This document shows, piece after piece, positions 37,132-50,754 of a stretch of 64,000 bases of DNA. Each line of letters opens with the position of its first letter. Positions within the stretch are counted from its first letter, which is position 1. This stretch comes from Camelus ferus (lineage: Eukaryota): the NCBI RefSeq assembly GCF_009834535.1, contig NC_045696.1:52330001-52394000 (forward strand). Direction: 5' to 3'. The position numbers were made by a program, and so were the translations under genes. A model generated the notes under the pieces. The model was not told the DNA's origin and did no database searches. It was given only the letters and a program-made list of their open reading frames with translations.

Positions 37132-37169
37132 ATGAGCTAGCACTTACTTATGAACTAGCACTTACTTAT
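37132..37169. repeat. 18-bp tandem duplication
   Basis: ATGAGCTAGCACTTACTT / ATGAACTAGCACTTACTT (1 mismatch). Confidence 0.9.
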
Positions 37170-37494
37170 AAACCAGAGAAGAAAGTTGGGTGACCAAGTG
37201 TCTTACATTGCTAGAGACATTGAGTTTTAAAATCAGGATCATGTCAGGCAAACTGGGAAAATGTGGCCACCCCAGCTGGAAGAGAGTTTTGAAGCCATCT
37301 AGTCCCAGTACCTTATTTTACAGTTGAGAAAAATGGGGCCTATGGAAATTAAAAGATCTACCTAAGATCTCTGTAGAAGCATTTTTCTCCCTAATACTTA
37401 TCAATGTCATATCTTTTCTCAGCCCACACATTAAATTTAGACCATAGGATCAAGCAATAGAAACAAATGGCCCTTCTCATCGAGTGGGCCTAGG

Positions 37495-37518
37495 ATGGGA
37501 CTGAGTATGGGACTGAGT
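37495..37518. repeat. 12-bp perfect tandem duplication
   Basis: ATGGGACTGAGT x2. Confidence 0.9.
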
Positions 37519-38309
37519 GGTCTCAAGAGTAGCCATTCTTCTTGGGTCTGAAGGTCACTTGATTGGCTGTGGGAATGCCTGGCTCCTCCTCCAGAAGGGT
37601 AGAGAACACCCTTATCAATAATTTGAAAACTGTTTTGTACCTTTCTGAGTGATACTGCAAAATACCAAAGACAAAAGGGAGCATGCACAGTCACAGAGGG
37701 AGGAAATCTAGGTTCTGAGACTTAGGCTACATCAAGAATTCACAGCCTTTCAAAAGTAGGGACACGTTGCTGATGCCTGCTGCTCATCTGGGTCCTAAGG
37801 AAAGCAGAATATGTAATTAAATCATTCAGCCTCATTTAGGGGCTTCATTTATGGTGACTCCTAGGAGGATTTGCCTTTCCAAATGAGGACCGTGTTGGGT
37901 AATAAATGAGGGAAGAAGTTGAGTGGGAGGTATTATATAGCTGTGTGTGTTGATGAGTTAGGTTGCGGAGAGTGGAATAGAGACTGCTGTCAGCATTTTC
38001 TTTAAGTCATTCCACAGAGATGACTGCTTGTACCAGAAAGAAATGAAAACTGCTAACAATATTTCATCTCAGTTCATCAAGGCGAGTAATAACAGAACTG
38101 AAGAAAAGGACAAACATAGTACAAATTAATTAAAACATGCTCAAAATAGAACAGATGTAGGTAAGGGTAGTCAAATCCACTCAGAACCCTCGTACAAGGT
38201 TATCTTCCACTGAAATAGAGATCTGTCTCTTCCATCCCTATTTGATTTGCCAGACACATTGCAAATTTCACTGGACTTTTCTGTCATCACTGTTGGTAGT
38301 CAGCCTGTA

Positions 38310-38600
38310 TATCACTCATTAGGAAAGCTTCCTCTAACTCCCTAATTCCATTTTAGGTTCCCTTGTTAAATTCTTTTATAGCATCCTGTACTTTTTTTTT
38401 TTTTTACTGTAATTTGATACAAAAATTAAACTTAGCATTAATTAAACTAAAATTACATATAATAATTTAACGTCTTTATCCCTCCTAGACTTTAAATTCC
38501 TTACACACAGAGACTGTATCTTCTTTGATCACTGTTGACTGAGGCTCCTGGCATATAGCAAGCACTCAGTAAATTCCATTTCCTGAGTTAATGAACCAAC
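38310..38600 (+). mobile_element. L2 3' end
   Basis: 'cctagactttaaattcctt', 'cctggcatatagcaagcactcagtaaat'. Confidence 0.7.
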
Positions 38601-38724
38601 CATTTGGAATGAGATCAGGTTTTCAGATTTTGTATAGGCTTCATTCTGTATAGTTTTGTAGTATGTGGGAAAATCAATAAAATGTATTATACACAAAACA
38701 GTTACAATGTGTGTATGTAGTATT

Positions 38725-38960
38725 GCTGTTATGAGAACTGGCTATACAGAGAGATTACTGCATCCAAATGTTGGCTCTCATACTACCTCAGAGATTTACC
38801 TTGAAAAATCTTCAAGCCTCATTTCTGTCATTTGCAAAATGACGATAATTGTGTCTACTTCAAAAGTTTCCTCTGAGGATTAAATGAAATAATACAGGAT
38901 AAACATTAATCATAGTACCCAGAATATGATATGTTTTCTATAATTACTAGATTATTAATT
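38725..38960 (+). mobile_element. MIR SINE
   Basis: 'ccttgaaaaatc', 'catttgcaaaatgacgataat', 'tgaggattaaatgaaataata'. Confidence 0.7.
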
Positions 38961-39254
38961 TGAATATTTAAAATATAAAAAGAGGTAAATTCCCCAAATT
39001 TCTCAAGAAGGTGGAAAATGTAATTGACTATGTGACCAGAAATAAGAAATTAGTTCTAGTTTTTCTACTGAGTCATCATACAACCTTAGGCAAGTTATGA
39101 ATATTTCTGGGCCTAAGTTTCTGCAAAACAAAAGACTTAAACTATTTTTTTGGAGTTCATGGTAAAAATCAAAGTGCTGTGAATGTCCTAAATTTATATA
39201 AAGTTTAATTTTTATGTGGTCATATTTTTCTAAGGAGAGCTATGTATTTTATTA

Positions 39255-39400
39255 GGTCCCTAAAAGAGATTGTCTTGCAAGTCAGGTTGCTGGGAAGCAG
39301 ACTCTGAGGTGGAGATTAGGGTGAGGGAAGTATACCAGAAAGTGCTCTCAGCATTAACACCTTTTGGAGAAACAAGCAGGATAGGACAGCGAGAGAAATA
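39255..39400 (-). mobile_element. LTR16-like ERVL LTR fragment
   Basis: 'gggaagcagactctgaggtggagattag', 'gtgctctcagcattaacacc'. Confidence 0.6.
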
Positions 39401-39819
39401 AGGCCTTGGCCAAACATTCTTTGGTGGATATTTTGCTAGATTTTGTAGACTGAACACAACCAATATGACAAGTGACATGCCTTTAGCATTTTTATGATTT
39501 TGAAGAGAATATGGCAGACACTTTTGGTTTTATCTTCTTGGCATCCTTCCCCCTGTCAGCTGTTCATTCTTTCATTCCAACCATACAATTTATACGGTAG
39601 ACGCCATATTCTTACAGATTCTGCCACCTTGACACTATTGATTGTTCCTGGGTTGATTATCTAACTTAAACTGTGGGTCAACTTGAGTAAATTTTAAAGT
39701 TTACCTGGGCAAGAGTTAACCTCTAGTGATAGGGACCAAAATGTGAAACTCAGGACCTGGCCTTGCTTATGACCTCTTTAGGTGAGGAACCCATGGTGGA
39801 CTTCAGAACCTACCCATGC

Positions 39820-41810
39820 ATGTTACATAATAATAATTCAATCAATAAGAAGTCATAACAGTTCTAAAAATGTATGCACCTAACAGAATTTCAAATTTCA
39901 TGAAGCAAAAATTCATAGACCTGGAAGCAGAAATACAGTAATCCACAATTATAGCTGGAGAATTCAACACTCTCAGTAATTCAGAGAACAAGAAAACAGA
40001 AAATCAGTAAGGATATAGAAGACATGAACAAAAAAATTGAAACTATCAAAAAAATGGAACTAATTGACATTTATAGAACACTCTAGTTAACAAAAGAATA
40101 TGCATACTGTTCAAATGCATATGGAACATTCAAGGGAGATCATGTTCTGGGCTATAAAACATATATATAATAGAGAAATTTAAAAGATTGAAATTATACA
40201 GAATATGATCTCTGACAATAATGGAATTAAGCTAGAAATCCATAATAGGAAGATATCTGGAAAATCCACACATATTTTGGAAGGTAAACAACACAACTTC
40301 TAATTAATCCATGTATTAAAGGAAATTAGACAATATTTTGAATTAAATGAAAATAATACAACACATCAAATTTCTGTGGGATGAATCTAAAGCAGTGCTA
40401 TATGTGCAATTTATAGAATCAAAAACTTGTATTACAAGAGAGGAAACATCCCAAATCTATGATCTAAGCCTTCAAATTCTGGAAAAGAAATTAAACCTCA
40501 AAGCAACAGAGTGAAGGGAAAGTATAAATAAAATATAAATATAAAAAAGATAAGTGTAAATGTAAAAAAATTAAAAACAAGAAAATAGAGACAATCAGTG
40601 AAACAAAAAGCTGGTACTTTGAAAAGATCAATATAATTGATAAACCTCTACCTAGGTTGAGCAAGGGGGCAAGAAGAGAAGACAAAAAATGACTAATGTC
40701 AGAAATGAAAGAAGGAATATTATTGATTCTACAGACATTAAAAGGATAAGGGATTATTGTGAACAGCTCTGTGTTCATACATTCATTAACTTAGATGATA
40801 TGGACAAATTACCTGGAAGACAAAAGATATCAAAAAGCTCATGTAAGAGTAAATAGACAACAGGAATAATCCTGTATTTATTAAATAAATTTAGTTCTTT
40901 TTAGTAAACATTTAGGAAAGAAATAATACCCAGTCTAGATAAACTCTTCTCAAAAATAGAAGAAAACTTGTCAATTCATTTTACCTTAATACCAAAACCA
41001 GAAAAAATATTAAATATGAAGCTATAAATCAATATATCTCATGAACAAGTACTAAAATCACCATCAAAATATTAGAAAATTGAGTCCAACAATATATAAA
41101 AAGGGTAATACATTATGACTAAGTGAAGTTTATCCTGGAAGTGCAAGACTGGTTCAACATTCAAAAATCAGTCAGTGTTATTCACCATATCAGCAGACTA
41201 ATAAAGAAAAAAAAAACATATTTACAATAGATGCAAACTTTTTTTATAAATTTTAGTTTCCATGCATGGTTTAAAACAACAATAATAAAACATTCAGCAA
41301 ATGAGGAATAGGAGACTTCATCAACCTGATAAAGGGCATGTACAAAAAAACATACAACTGACTTAATAGTGAATTACAGAACACTTTCCCACTAACTTTT
41401 GGGGAGAAAAAGCAATGATGTCCTCTCACACCACTCCTGTTTGACATCACACTGGAGGTCCTAGTTAATGTAATAAGACAAGATTAATAAGTTATTGGTA
41501 CATGCAACAATGTGGATAAATCTCAAATATGCTCAGTGCAAGAAGTCAAACTCAAAGGCTACCTACTATGCGAATTATATGACCTTCTGGAAAAGACAAA
41601 GCTGTTAGGACACAAAATAGATCAGTGGTTGCCAAGGGCCAAGATTGCAGGGAGAGTTTGGCTGCAAAGGGGAGTTTTGGAAAGTGATAGAATCATTTTA
41701 TATCTTGTTTATAATGGTGGTTACATGACCGGTATGTCTTTGCCATAACTCAAAGAACAGTACACTAAAAAGGGCATATTTTCTGTATGTAAATTTTACC
41801 TCAGTACACT
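39820..41810 (+). mobile_element. L1M ORF2 (endonuclease to RT, disrupted) joined to a 3' UTR
   Basis: 'aatccacaattatagctggaga', 'aaaatcagtaaggatatagaagac', 'ctggtactttgaaaagatcaata', 'ggttcaacattcaaaaatca', 3' UTR 'atcagtggttgcca', 'tgtatgtaaattttacctca'. Confidence 0.92.
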
Positions 41811-41834
41811 TCATAGAGAGCAACTGTGGTTAGG

Positions 41835-41866
41835 GTTGGTTTTTGGTTTGGTTTGGTTTGGTTTTT
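41835..41866. repeat. (TTGGT/TTTGG)n microsatellite
   Basis: gttggtttttggtttggtttggtttggttttt. Confidence 0.8.
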
Positions 41867-42039
41867 TGAACAAATTGATGTTTTGTCTGTGGTTGCAATT
41901 TTTTTCAGAAGTCTGGCTGTATTTGGTCTTCTTTGAAGTTTGGTTATTCATGTATTCTACAAATTACATGAGTGACCCAGGATATTTCCAATTTAACCTT
42001 CATATTTTTACCCAAGCAAGTTCTCCTGCAGCACAGTCC

Positions 42040-42600
42040 TGAGTAATGCATAGAAATAGACACTTGCACAAGTAACTGTTACATAGGATGTGTGAAAAGT
42101 GCTGTAATAGAGGTAGAAAGTGTATGGGAGCATAGAGGGGAAAGTGATTAAGTCTGACTGGGGATATTAAGGATAGATAGTAATTGAATTGGCCTGAAAG
42201 CCTTTTTGCAGCTGGAGTCAGGGGAAGCATATCCCATTTTGAGGAAATAGCAGAAGCATACAATATGATTAAACAGACAGATAAATGAGAGTGTGTGGTG
42301 TCTTTGGGGATAAAAGGTGCAGTGGGGCTGATACATGGAGACCATGGGACCAGGAAACTGGTGGAAGATGAACTTGGAAAGGTAGACTTTTACCAGGCAG
42401 CAGAGAGACCTTCCTGTGGGCAAGTGTTTGAACTTTATTCTATAGGGTTCTGTAGAGAGTAAGAGAGTGGCATGCTCAAATAAGAATTTTTGAAAAATAG
42501 TTGAAATACAGTTTGAGGAATTTTCAGACAAGATTAGGAATAGGTCAGATGGGAAGCAGTTGCTTTAGATTAGATGGTTTAAAGATGACATGCCCTGAAT
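42040..42600 (-). mobile_element. L2 fragment
   Basis: 'aagtgtatgggagcatagagggg', 'tttgaactttattctatagg', 'agagtggcatgctcaaat'. Confidence 0.65.
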
Positions 42601-42629
42601 CGATAGGGTGTGATGATGTTGATGTTGTC

Positions 42630-42760
42630 ACTTTATAACAGTTACCACTTATTCACCACTTCCTATGAGCCAGGCATTGTGCTAAAATGTTTTAAATACC
42701 TTATCTCATTTAGTCCTGATGATAATATAAGGTAGGTATCATTATGCCAATGTATTAGCC
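42630..42760 (-). mobile_element. MIR fragment
   Basis: 'cctatgagccaggcattgtgcta', 'tctcatttagtcct', 'aggtaggtatcattat'. Confidence 0.75.
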
Positions 42761-43059
42761 AGTGACTTTTCACTTAGTCTGTGTGGGTGGAGCTGACCCC
42801 ACTGCCTTTCCCATCTTCAACGGTGGGGACATTAAGGATGGGCATGTGTAGCAGGCTGTCTAATAAGCACATTGTTTTTTAAACCCTGGCCACAGCAAGT
42901 GGTGAGGGATAGGTACATAACTCATTATATTTATTTAGATTAGTCCTATGACTTTGGTAGGAATTATCAGTAAGACAAGATTAATTTCATCTGTTTTTGA
43001 TAAAGGATGACCTAAAGCTACGTAGAGATAGTTTGTTAATAGATCTTTATACTTTAGCC

Positions 43060-43311
43060 CTATGTTTCCCAATGGGTTTTCTCTGAACATTAGTCCTAAG
43101 AAGTATCCTATGAAAAAGTGTTCTATTTTACACATTAACTGGGAAAACATTGCATATTATGTCCCCCTAGAACATACTAAAGGCTCCAGAAATCCTGCAG
43201 TAGAGAAATGAATTTAACTTTGTTTAATTCAGCTTTTTCAAAGGTATGCAGTGAAGGTGGCTTTTTCGCACATTCGTTGATTGCCGTCTACCACATTTTG
43301 GGAAATACAAC
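43060..43311 (+). mobile_element. MER112-like hAT-Charlie element
   Basis: 'tgtttcccaa' / 'ttgggaaata' terminal inverted repeats; 'taaaggctccagaaatcctgcagtagagaaa', 'tttaactttgtttaa'. Confidence 0.75.
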
Positions 43312-44685
43312 TCTAGGCCTTTATCTCCTAACTGTAGTTACACCATCCACAATTTTAATAGCTTGATAAAAGGTATTGCTCATGTTATCTCTCGTATCTT
43401 TTGAGGCTCCATTTCTCACCCTTTCCCATAGAACACTTATAAAGTTGCAGCTCATGACCTGAAAACAAATTATAAAATGTAAAAGCCAGGGACGTGTTTT
43501 GATCAATTTGGACTTATGCAATCCCATTTAACACCATTCTGCTGCCTAAAGGAGCCCCTGGAATTCATCACTCAACAACTGTGGAGAACACAGTGTCCCA
43601 TTTGGCTTATAATCGTAACTGAGACTCCCAAAGAAGAGACCTAAACAGATTACTTAAGAAAATGAAGGGTTATTAAATGATAATGTGAGGTAGAAGTAGA
43701 ATTTGACATTCTTAGCAGCACAGTCACCTAAGGTCTCATTTATTAATCTGGATATGAAACAGTCTTCAGGACTTACTGAGAAAATGTCCAGCATGCTTAA
43801 TCTAGTGTGGGGTGTGGTAAATACAGCAATTAAAAGACCCAACCATTGTTATCTTCATAGAGCTTCAAGTGATGTCTCTGAGAAGCCTTTCATCAACTTA
43901 TAATTTACCTCAAATTCCCTTCCTTATAACATGTGATGAAGTAATACATAAAATGCAATGAAAGTGAAAAAGGAACAGCAACATCATTTCTAAAATAGAA
44001 AAGCATTTTAAAAGATAGAAATAAAAGATTGATGGGAAAGGTCATCAATGGGGTATTGGTGACTAACATAGGATCTGAAATAGTACCAGTGATAATTAAA
44101 AACATTTCTTTCTGAGGCATTTCAAATGCAGAAGAACTCTTCTCTCCTAAGGAAACTTCACACTGTTTTGCTGATGACAAACTAATGTAATAAAAATAAA
44201 GACACATTGAAATGGAATTTTTACAATTGTGATTCTTAAACACTTAGCATTGATGTGGGAAAAAATACAATACACTTTTACATACCCAGGCTATCTTATT
44301 TTTAGCACTGTTTTCAAGCAATTGAGACGTCTTAACAATCAATCTTTGTTAAAATTAGCTGAAAACATACACTCTCTGAATGAATTACATTGAACATGCT
44401 CAGGGAATCAAAGATGATTTTAGTTTTTCATTTAGAAACCCCTACAACTGGTGTTTCTCATCTTGTTTAGCAGCGTTTTGCCTCCAGAAGGGTTGGAAAT
44501 TATAACAGGAAGTTCTATAATATATGCATGTCTTAGAGATGATGGTGATTTTGAAGCTGAAGCAGTATGGGGGACGGAAAAGACAATGGGCACTGTTTCA
44601 AGAGCAGATATAATCTCTGCTCTGAGAGAGCTTACAGATTTTGGGGTGGGGAACAGACATGTACATAACTGAATACAAGGAGGGG

Positions 44686-46010
44686 TATCATGGAGTGAGA
44701 ATGAAAACCATCCACACAGCTTATTTCTACGTTAAACTGACTTTACTCTTAACTGTTGTCATCAGTGTAATACTATCATAACCTTGTAGGTGAGGAAAAA
44801 ACACATTTCCTCTAGGTTCTACCCTCCTGGGTTCTCCAGCTGGTGCCCTTGTAAGTTAGACTGACAAATGACAGATTAACAAGAGAAAGATAAACACGTT
44901 TGTTAACATGTGCATTGTAGTTACAGGTGGGAGCATTCAGAGATGAGTAACTCGAAAGGGTGGTTAAATGTGGGCTTATATAGCATCTTAACAAAAGAAC
45001 AGTGGATATTTAGAGAAGTGACAAGATGAAAGAAAAGGACTTTGAGTTTCCAGATGCAGAAAATTGTGAGAAGGTAAATGCATGAGACAATTAGTGGAAG
45101 ATAAGAGCTAGTTAGTGAAACTACATAGATTGCTCTGGTGCCATCTCTGGGCTGATAAGAGTCTAGAGTTGTCTCTGGTGATTAACTTCTGTCTTTCCTG
45201 ATAGAGAGTTGAGAGGGGACAACTTTACAAATTTATGTCCTGCTTTTAGGAAAATATGGCAGGAAGAGAGATTTTTGTTTTGTTTTGTTTTTATCTGTTT
45301 CTTCTCAATTGCCTTCAGCTCAAATTAATCCTTATGCCCAAGTGCCATATTTTGGGATGTCATATTCTGCTACTCTTCACAAGGATCCTCTTGCCTTGGA
45401 AGACAGAAGTTACAAATAACTTTATTGCACATTCCAGGAACTTCTTGAAAGACCCATCAACTCTTTAATAGAAAGCATCAAAGACAGTTTTCACCCCAAG
45501 ACCTCAGAATTCCTCACTTTAGAATACCTGCTTTTGCTGTGTCTGTCCATCGTAGACCATCATATATTGATCCTTGCCCAGTTCTAACTAAACCTCTTTA
45601 CTGAAGGATCTGCTTTAAAAATCTCAGTAAATATCCTAGCTTCTCTCTTTCCCCTCTGAGATGCTACTAAGACTGTCAAGGCGGTGTTCTCCCTCACCAC
45701 AGTGAGCTTTGTGTTATTAACAAGTTGTTTAGGTAATATTTTGGTTATTTGGGGGAACCAGCATTTTAAAATCTTGCCAGCTCCAGGAAATTCAGTTGAA
45801 ATGAGGGCTCAGCTCTAGTTTTGACTTGAGCACAGCTGTTCCCCTGTGGCTTTTGAGCCTTCTCTGACCTTGTCCTGGGGTGAGTCTCACATCGGCTCAA
45901 AGTTTGGTTTCTTTTCATTGAGCACCCTGAATGCTGACTTTAGTTTTTTCCTTTAGGGATAAGGAACCCGTTTCAGGAATATTCTTGATTATTTGATTAT
46001 GTTTGGGAAA
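44686..46010 (+). mobile_element. ERV1 LTR (MER31/MER67-like) plus start of internal region, interrupted by a second LTR
   Basis: 'ggagtgagaatgaaaacc', 'ccctctgagatgctactaagactgtcaaggcggtgttctccct', LTR end about 45770 followed by a leader-like 'tcttgccagctccagg'. Confidence 0.65.
44785..45381 (-). mobile_element. ERV1 solo LTR (MER34-like)
   Basis: TG..CA ends; 'acagattaacaagagaaa', 'ggcttatatagcatctt', 'ttctcaattgccttcagctcaaa', 'gccatattttgggatg'. Confidence 0.85.
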
Positions 46011-46403
46011 AAACCCCAAACTGGTATCTGTGGTGGAAATCTGCCTTATTACCAACAACACTATTCTTTGTCTCTGTCTGTAGTGTAAATTTTGTTCTTT
46101 CCTCTCTCCTAAGATAGATAATTATTTCCAGCTCCTTTACTGGATCAGCCCAGACTGTTGGTGCTGGTGTCCACAGGGGGACTATCAGGGCAGAACAAAA
46201 GCCTGCTGGAGCATGGAGTTGATGAAAATACGTATGGGATGATCAGCCTCATCGTTTACTTCTTTGCCCTTCCCCCTCCCTGGGAAGATTGCTTCCTTCC
46301 TGTGCTATCCTGTAGGTGGGAATGTGAAAACTTGGAACTCTTTCCCAAAAGGATGACAGCAAACTGTGAACAAGAGTTGTGGGTTGTGGTGGTGGGGAAT
46401 GGT

Positions 46404-46792
46404 TGTGTCTTACCTCAGGCTGCCATAATGAAATACCACAGACTGGGTGACTTTTAAACAGAACTTTTTTCTCATGATTCTGAAGGCTGGGAAGTCTGAG
46501 ATCAGGATGTCAGCATGGTTGGGTTCTGGGGGGAACTCTCTTCCTGGCTTGCAGATGGCTGTCTTCATGCTGTATCCTCAACATGGCAGAGATGGTGGGG
46601 GTAGGATGGGGAGGGAGAGCAATATCTCTGGTCTCTTGTTATAAAGACATAAATCTCATCCTGAGAACCACACCCTCATGACCTCAGCTAAGCCTAGTTA
46701 TCTCCCAAAGGTCCCATCTCTAAATACCATCACACTGGGTGTTGAGGTTTCAACATAGGAATTTGTGGGGGGACACAATTCAGCCCATAGCA
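46404..46792 (-). mobile_element. MLT1A-type MaLR solo LTR
   Basis: 'caggctgccataatgaaataccacagactgggtg', 'ggctgggaagtctgagatcagg', 'ggggacacaattcagcccatagca'. Confidence 0.92.
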
Positions 46793-49074
46793 GGCGATAA
46801 TCAAGAATAATGATGTTCTTCTCCTGGTTTATCCTTTATCAATTAATCCCTGCACCCTCCTCCATATCCCTAGTAACTTCCAGCACAGTGATTTCACTAT
46901 TGCAGTTATTAGGCATTGGCTGCATAGCCTGAAGATTTGGTAGCCGTGAGCACTAGGATCTCTGGGGCATGTTTTGAGAGGAGGGGATGGTGGTAGCAGT
47001 AAGAGCACTTAGCTGAAAGATAAAAAAAGGAGGAAAGAACTAGTTTCAAATGCTAGGAAAGGCACAGGTAGTCTCAGCTCAGAATGAGAAGAATAAGATG
47101 GAGGACTTGTTAAAGTTTCAGGAAATCAGAACTATTGGGAAATAAGTTATTTTAGATAATAGGTTTGTCTGCTTAAATTTTTGTTTAAAATTTAAGGCAT
47201 TTATTAAGGAAAGATTTCTAAAATGGATTGCACACTTTGCTGCCTTCTTAATTAAAGAAGGCTAAAAGGCTAAATGTTATTTAACCTTTTCTTGATGACT
47301 CAAGGTCATCATTGTGCACATGAGAGATTATTCTGTAAAGCAGTGATGCCCTCAAGGGCCATCAGGGTATACTGGGCTGCTCACTTCTCTTTGTAGTTTG
47401 CTGTAATATTTGAGTTTGCATCCACTGTTAATTGCTTTTAATATTGCAGGCACTACATGCGTACCTTTTCTCACTACTATCAATGTACAGTATATTTGAT
47501 CAAATGGATCCTTTCCCTAATAAAAATGTGGTGCTTACAGTCTGCTGTAGTCTTGGCAACCACGAAGACAAACATTAGAATTGTACTGAAAGTGATTAGG
47601 ATCTGATTGGGATAGAACAGATGAGTGCTCTAGCTCACAGCATTTGGTGACAGTGACTTTGGCTGCTCCTTTCCCCCAATACATACCAACCCTACTTATA
47701 TTCCAGTAGGTAAAAAATAGATGATATTGTGCTCCTGATAGGTAAGGTGCTATTGAAAGAGGGAAAGAACAGACAAATTGTATTGTGATTGTCAGTTCAT
47801 TAGTGACATCATGGCCATTCTGGAAGATGAACACTTGCCTGCCTCTTTGTGCAGGGGTTCATGCACCAGCTTGGATAAAAGCCCAGCATCCCTTTGCTTG
47901 AACAGTTAGCCTAAATTTCCATTTTAGTCAGTGATTTAAAATTTAAAAAGATAAAAATAATCATGGCAAATGTATTAATTTGGCCCTATTACTAGCACTT
48001 TCAGTAACCATTCCTCTTTAAGTCACTTCACAGTTTCCAGAGTATTTTCCTGTGTACATTCTCCCTGATTCTAACCACCACCTTCTGCAGGAGAACTGCC
48101 CACAACCTGGTGTTTGCTCAGGGCCATTAATTTCCCAGCAGACAGGCTGTATAGATTCTCTCTTAAGCTTGATGTCTCTGAGATCCTTCCTGCATGTCAA
48201 TGAGGCAGTCATTGCAAATAGTTGTAGCAGTTGTCCCACTTGGAGGTAACAGATATGCTAATTAAAAAATGGCTGAGGAAAAGGGCATACACCTTGAAAG
48301 CCTCCATCAAAAATAAATAAATAAAACAAAATTACTGTGCACACTGGTTTAGAAGCCTCTGGGGAATTCTCAACAAATGAATGACTATATCACAGCAGCC
48401 TAGCTGCATTCTTCAGTATTATTTTAAATAATCTTAAACCTAGAGGTCATAAAAAGCAAGGACTATTTATTTGCAAGAAGGAAATCCACTGTCTTTGGTG
48501 TGTTTCTCAGCTCAACCTCTGAACCTACACTTCTGCAATGCAGCACATCTGTTTATCTTATGATCGCCTTCTCTTGTGTGAAGGGATTTTTCTTTTTTTT
48601 TAAATCAGTACAAGAGAGAACACAAGAGGAACTGTGGATCTTGCACTGAGGCAGCTTGCTATGTTCAGAATCTCTTATCTGAAGTAGCTACCTACACAGA
48701 AAACAGGTTTCTTGAGCTCCTGCGATGGTCCAGACAGTGTTCTGGGTGATGGGGTTTCAGCAGTGAACCAGAGATAAAAGCTGGAGGCTGGAGAGGCTCA
48801 CAGGTTCTCCTGACCTGCAGTGTATGCATTAATTTTCAAAATAGCTCTTTTTTTTTTTTTTTTTTTTGGTCTCCAATTCCACACTGGTATAGGAGAGCCT
48901 GGGAGATGAAAGAGTTTAAGATTTTACTTACTTCAGTGGATACCAGGACTTGTTTCTTGTTCCCTTCTAGATTTGCACTAATAAAGCTTTAAGATGGTCC
49001 TGGGTTGCAGTGAAAGATTATAGTCAGTAGATCAGGGTATAGCCCCAGATTTGGAAGACTGCATGATTTGGGGC

Positions 49075-49270
49075 AAAGATTGCTGGCTTTGGGGTCTGAC
49101 AGAATTTATTTGCATCTAGGCTCTTCAGCTTCCTAACTGGGTGACCAGATTACTTAAACATTCTGACTTTTGGTCTCCTGTTTTCAAAATGAATATTATA
49201 AAACTCAGTAGACTTACGAGTATTAAATGAGGTTTAGACAAATGGGTCTAGTTTAGCTAATAAATATTAG
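49075..49270 (+). mobile_element. MIR SINE
   Basis: 'ggctttggggtctgacaga', 'taactgggtgacc', 'gagtattaaatgag', 'taataaatattag'. Confidence 0.65.
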
Positions 49271-49307
49271 TTTTTTGATTTGTGTTTGTTACTAACTAGC
49301 TGGGTGA

Positions 49308-49338
49308 TGTGTGTGTGTTTGTGTGTTCGTGTGTGTGT
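49308..49338. repeat. Imperfect (TG)n microsatellite
   Basis: tgtgtgtgtgtttgtgtgttcgtgtgtgtgt. Confidence 0.8.
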
Positions 49339-50299
49339 AGCAACTTTGAAATTCATTTACTATCTCTGGGAATTTAGAGGTTGACTGGATATTACTTCCA
49401 GCAGGATCAGTCTGTTACTGTGGCAGTATGGCCTATCATTTACTTACAGTCATTTGTTGTATAAGCCGGGTGATTTATGGATGCCATCTCAGAATTGATT
49501 TGTACCTTGGAAATTCATGTAAATTTGTGCTATGTCGGTTGAGTAAGTACAGTATGTACTGTTTAGTAAATTTTTTGTTGTTTTGGTAATGATAAAATGT
49601 TGTGGGAGAATCACTCTGTTGTGTGTGTTCCTTGTACCTAACGTGTATGTTATTCTCCTGGGAGGGGAGAAAAAGTAGTCAAAATAAATTTAGTCTTCTC
49701 AACCAGGATATGAAAATACACATTATGGTTTTTCATTGTTAAATTAAAATTACATGATTTAGAATGCAGAAAAGACAGGTGTAAATAACAGCATGGATTG
49801 GACTACTTAAAATTTTTTTAAGTTTACAAATAATGAATAGATATGTTGTACTTAGTTTTAAGCCAAGAGGGTACTCACTCAGTAATTTAAAACATCAGTA
49901 CCCTAACAGTGTTTATTAGGAATAAAAACATATCTCTCATCCTCTTCCTTTAAAATACAATATATGAAAATTTAAGCTATTACTTTATGAGAGATAGAAG
50001 CACTTACTATAGACTGTAGAGTTATGTGCATAACTATTTTGTAGCAAACACAAAGTTCAGAAAGACAGGGAGCAAATTAGCATATCTTTCAAGGGGCAGT
50101 CTTGAATCAAGAATTCAGAGTATCATGAGGAGAGAGCACCAGAAGAAGTGGGTAACGTATTTGCCTCTCCCTTCCCTGACTGGTTATGCCTGACTGAGAA
50201 GAGCTGGGTGTGTTTACAGTAATAAGTGAGGGGTAGGGATGGAGAGCAGTGGTTCTCAACTTTGGCTTTATTAAGTGGTTAGGAAAGGGGAGGATCTTG

Positions 50300-50711
50300 C
50301 AGTGGTGTTTTGGAGCCAGTTCATTCCAGTTCATCAGAGCAGATTGTTAAATTTTCAGCTAGTTGAGCTAGTTATTACACAGTCATTATTAAAAATTAAA
50401 TTACACTAACATAATTATATAAATAAATTGTATGAAAACAAAGGCAATAAATATTTAAGATTCATCACTTCTTAATTATTTTACATTTTTACTCTATGTT
50501 ATTATTGATTGTATGGGTATGGTGAAAATAACTTTAAATAGTATGCTACTGTACCTCTCTTCCCAACTTTGAGTTCAGTGGTACACATTGGTAACTTGAA
50601 ATTAGCCATGGTGGTATATACACAATGGAAATTGTCAAATGCTACAAATCAGAGATTTTTTTTTTCTTTTTCCATGAAGCTGGTTTTTAACCATTTACCA
50701 ACACACCCCTG
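50300..50711 (+). mobile_element. MER63-type hAT-Blackjack element
   Basis: 'cagtggtgttttggagccag...gattgttaaattttcag', 'caaatgctacaaatcag', terminal 'catttaccaacacacccctg'. Confidence 0.85.
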
Positions 50712-50754
50712 AATATGAGTGAGAGTGAATATTAGGTTGAATTTGACTAAATTT

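Noticed and set aside
39820..41810. Functional L1 ORF2
   Set aside because: Many stops and frameshifts plus an internal deletion; no long + strand ORF.
49033..49050. 'gggtatagccccag' as the start of a tRNA-derived SINE or tRNA
   Set aside because: No B box, cloverleaf, A-tail or TSD follows.
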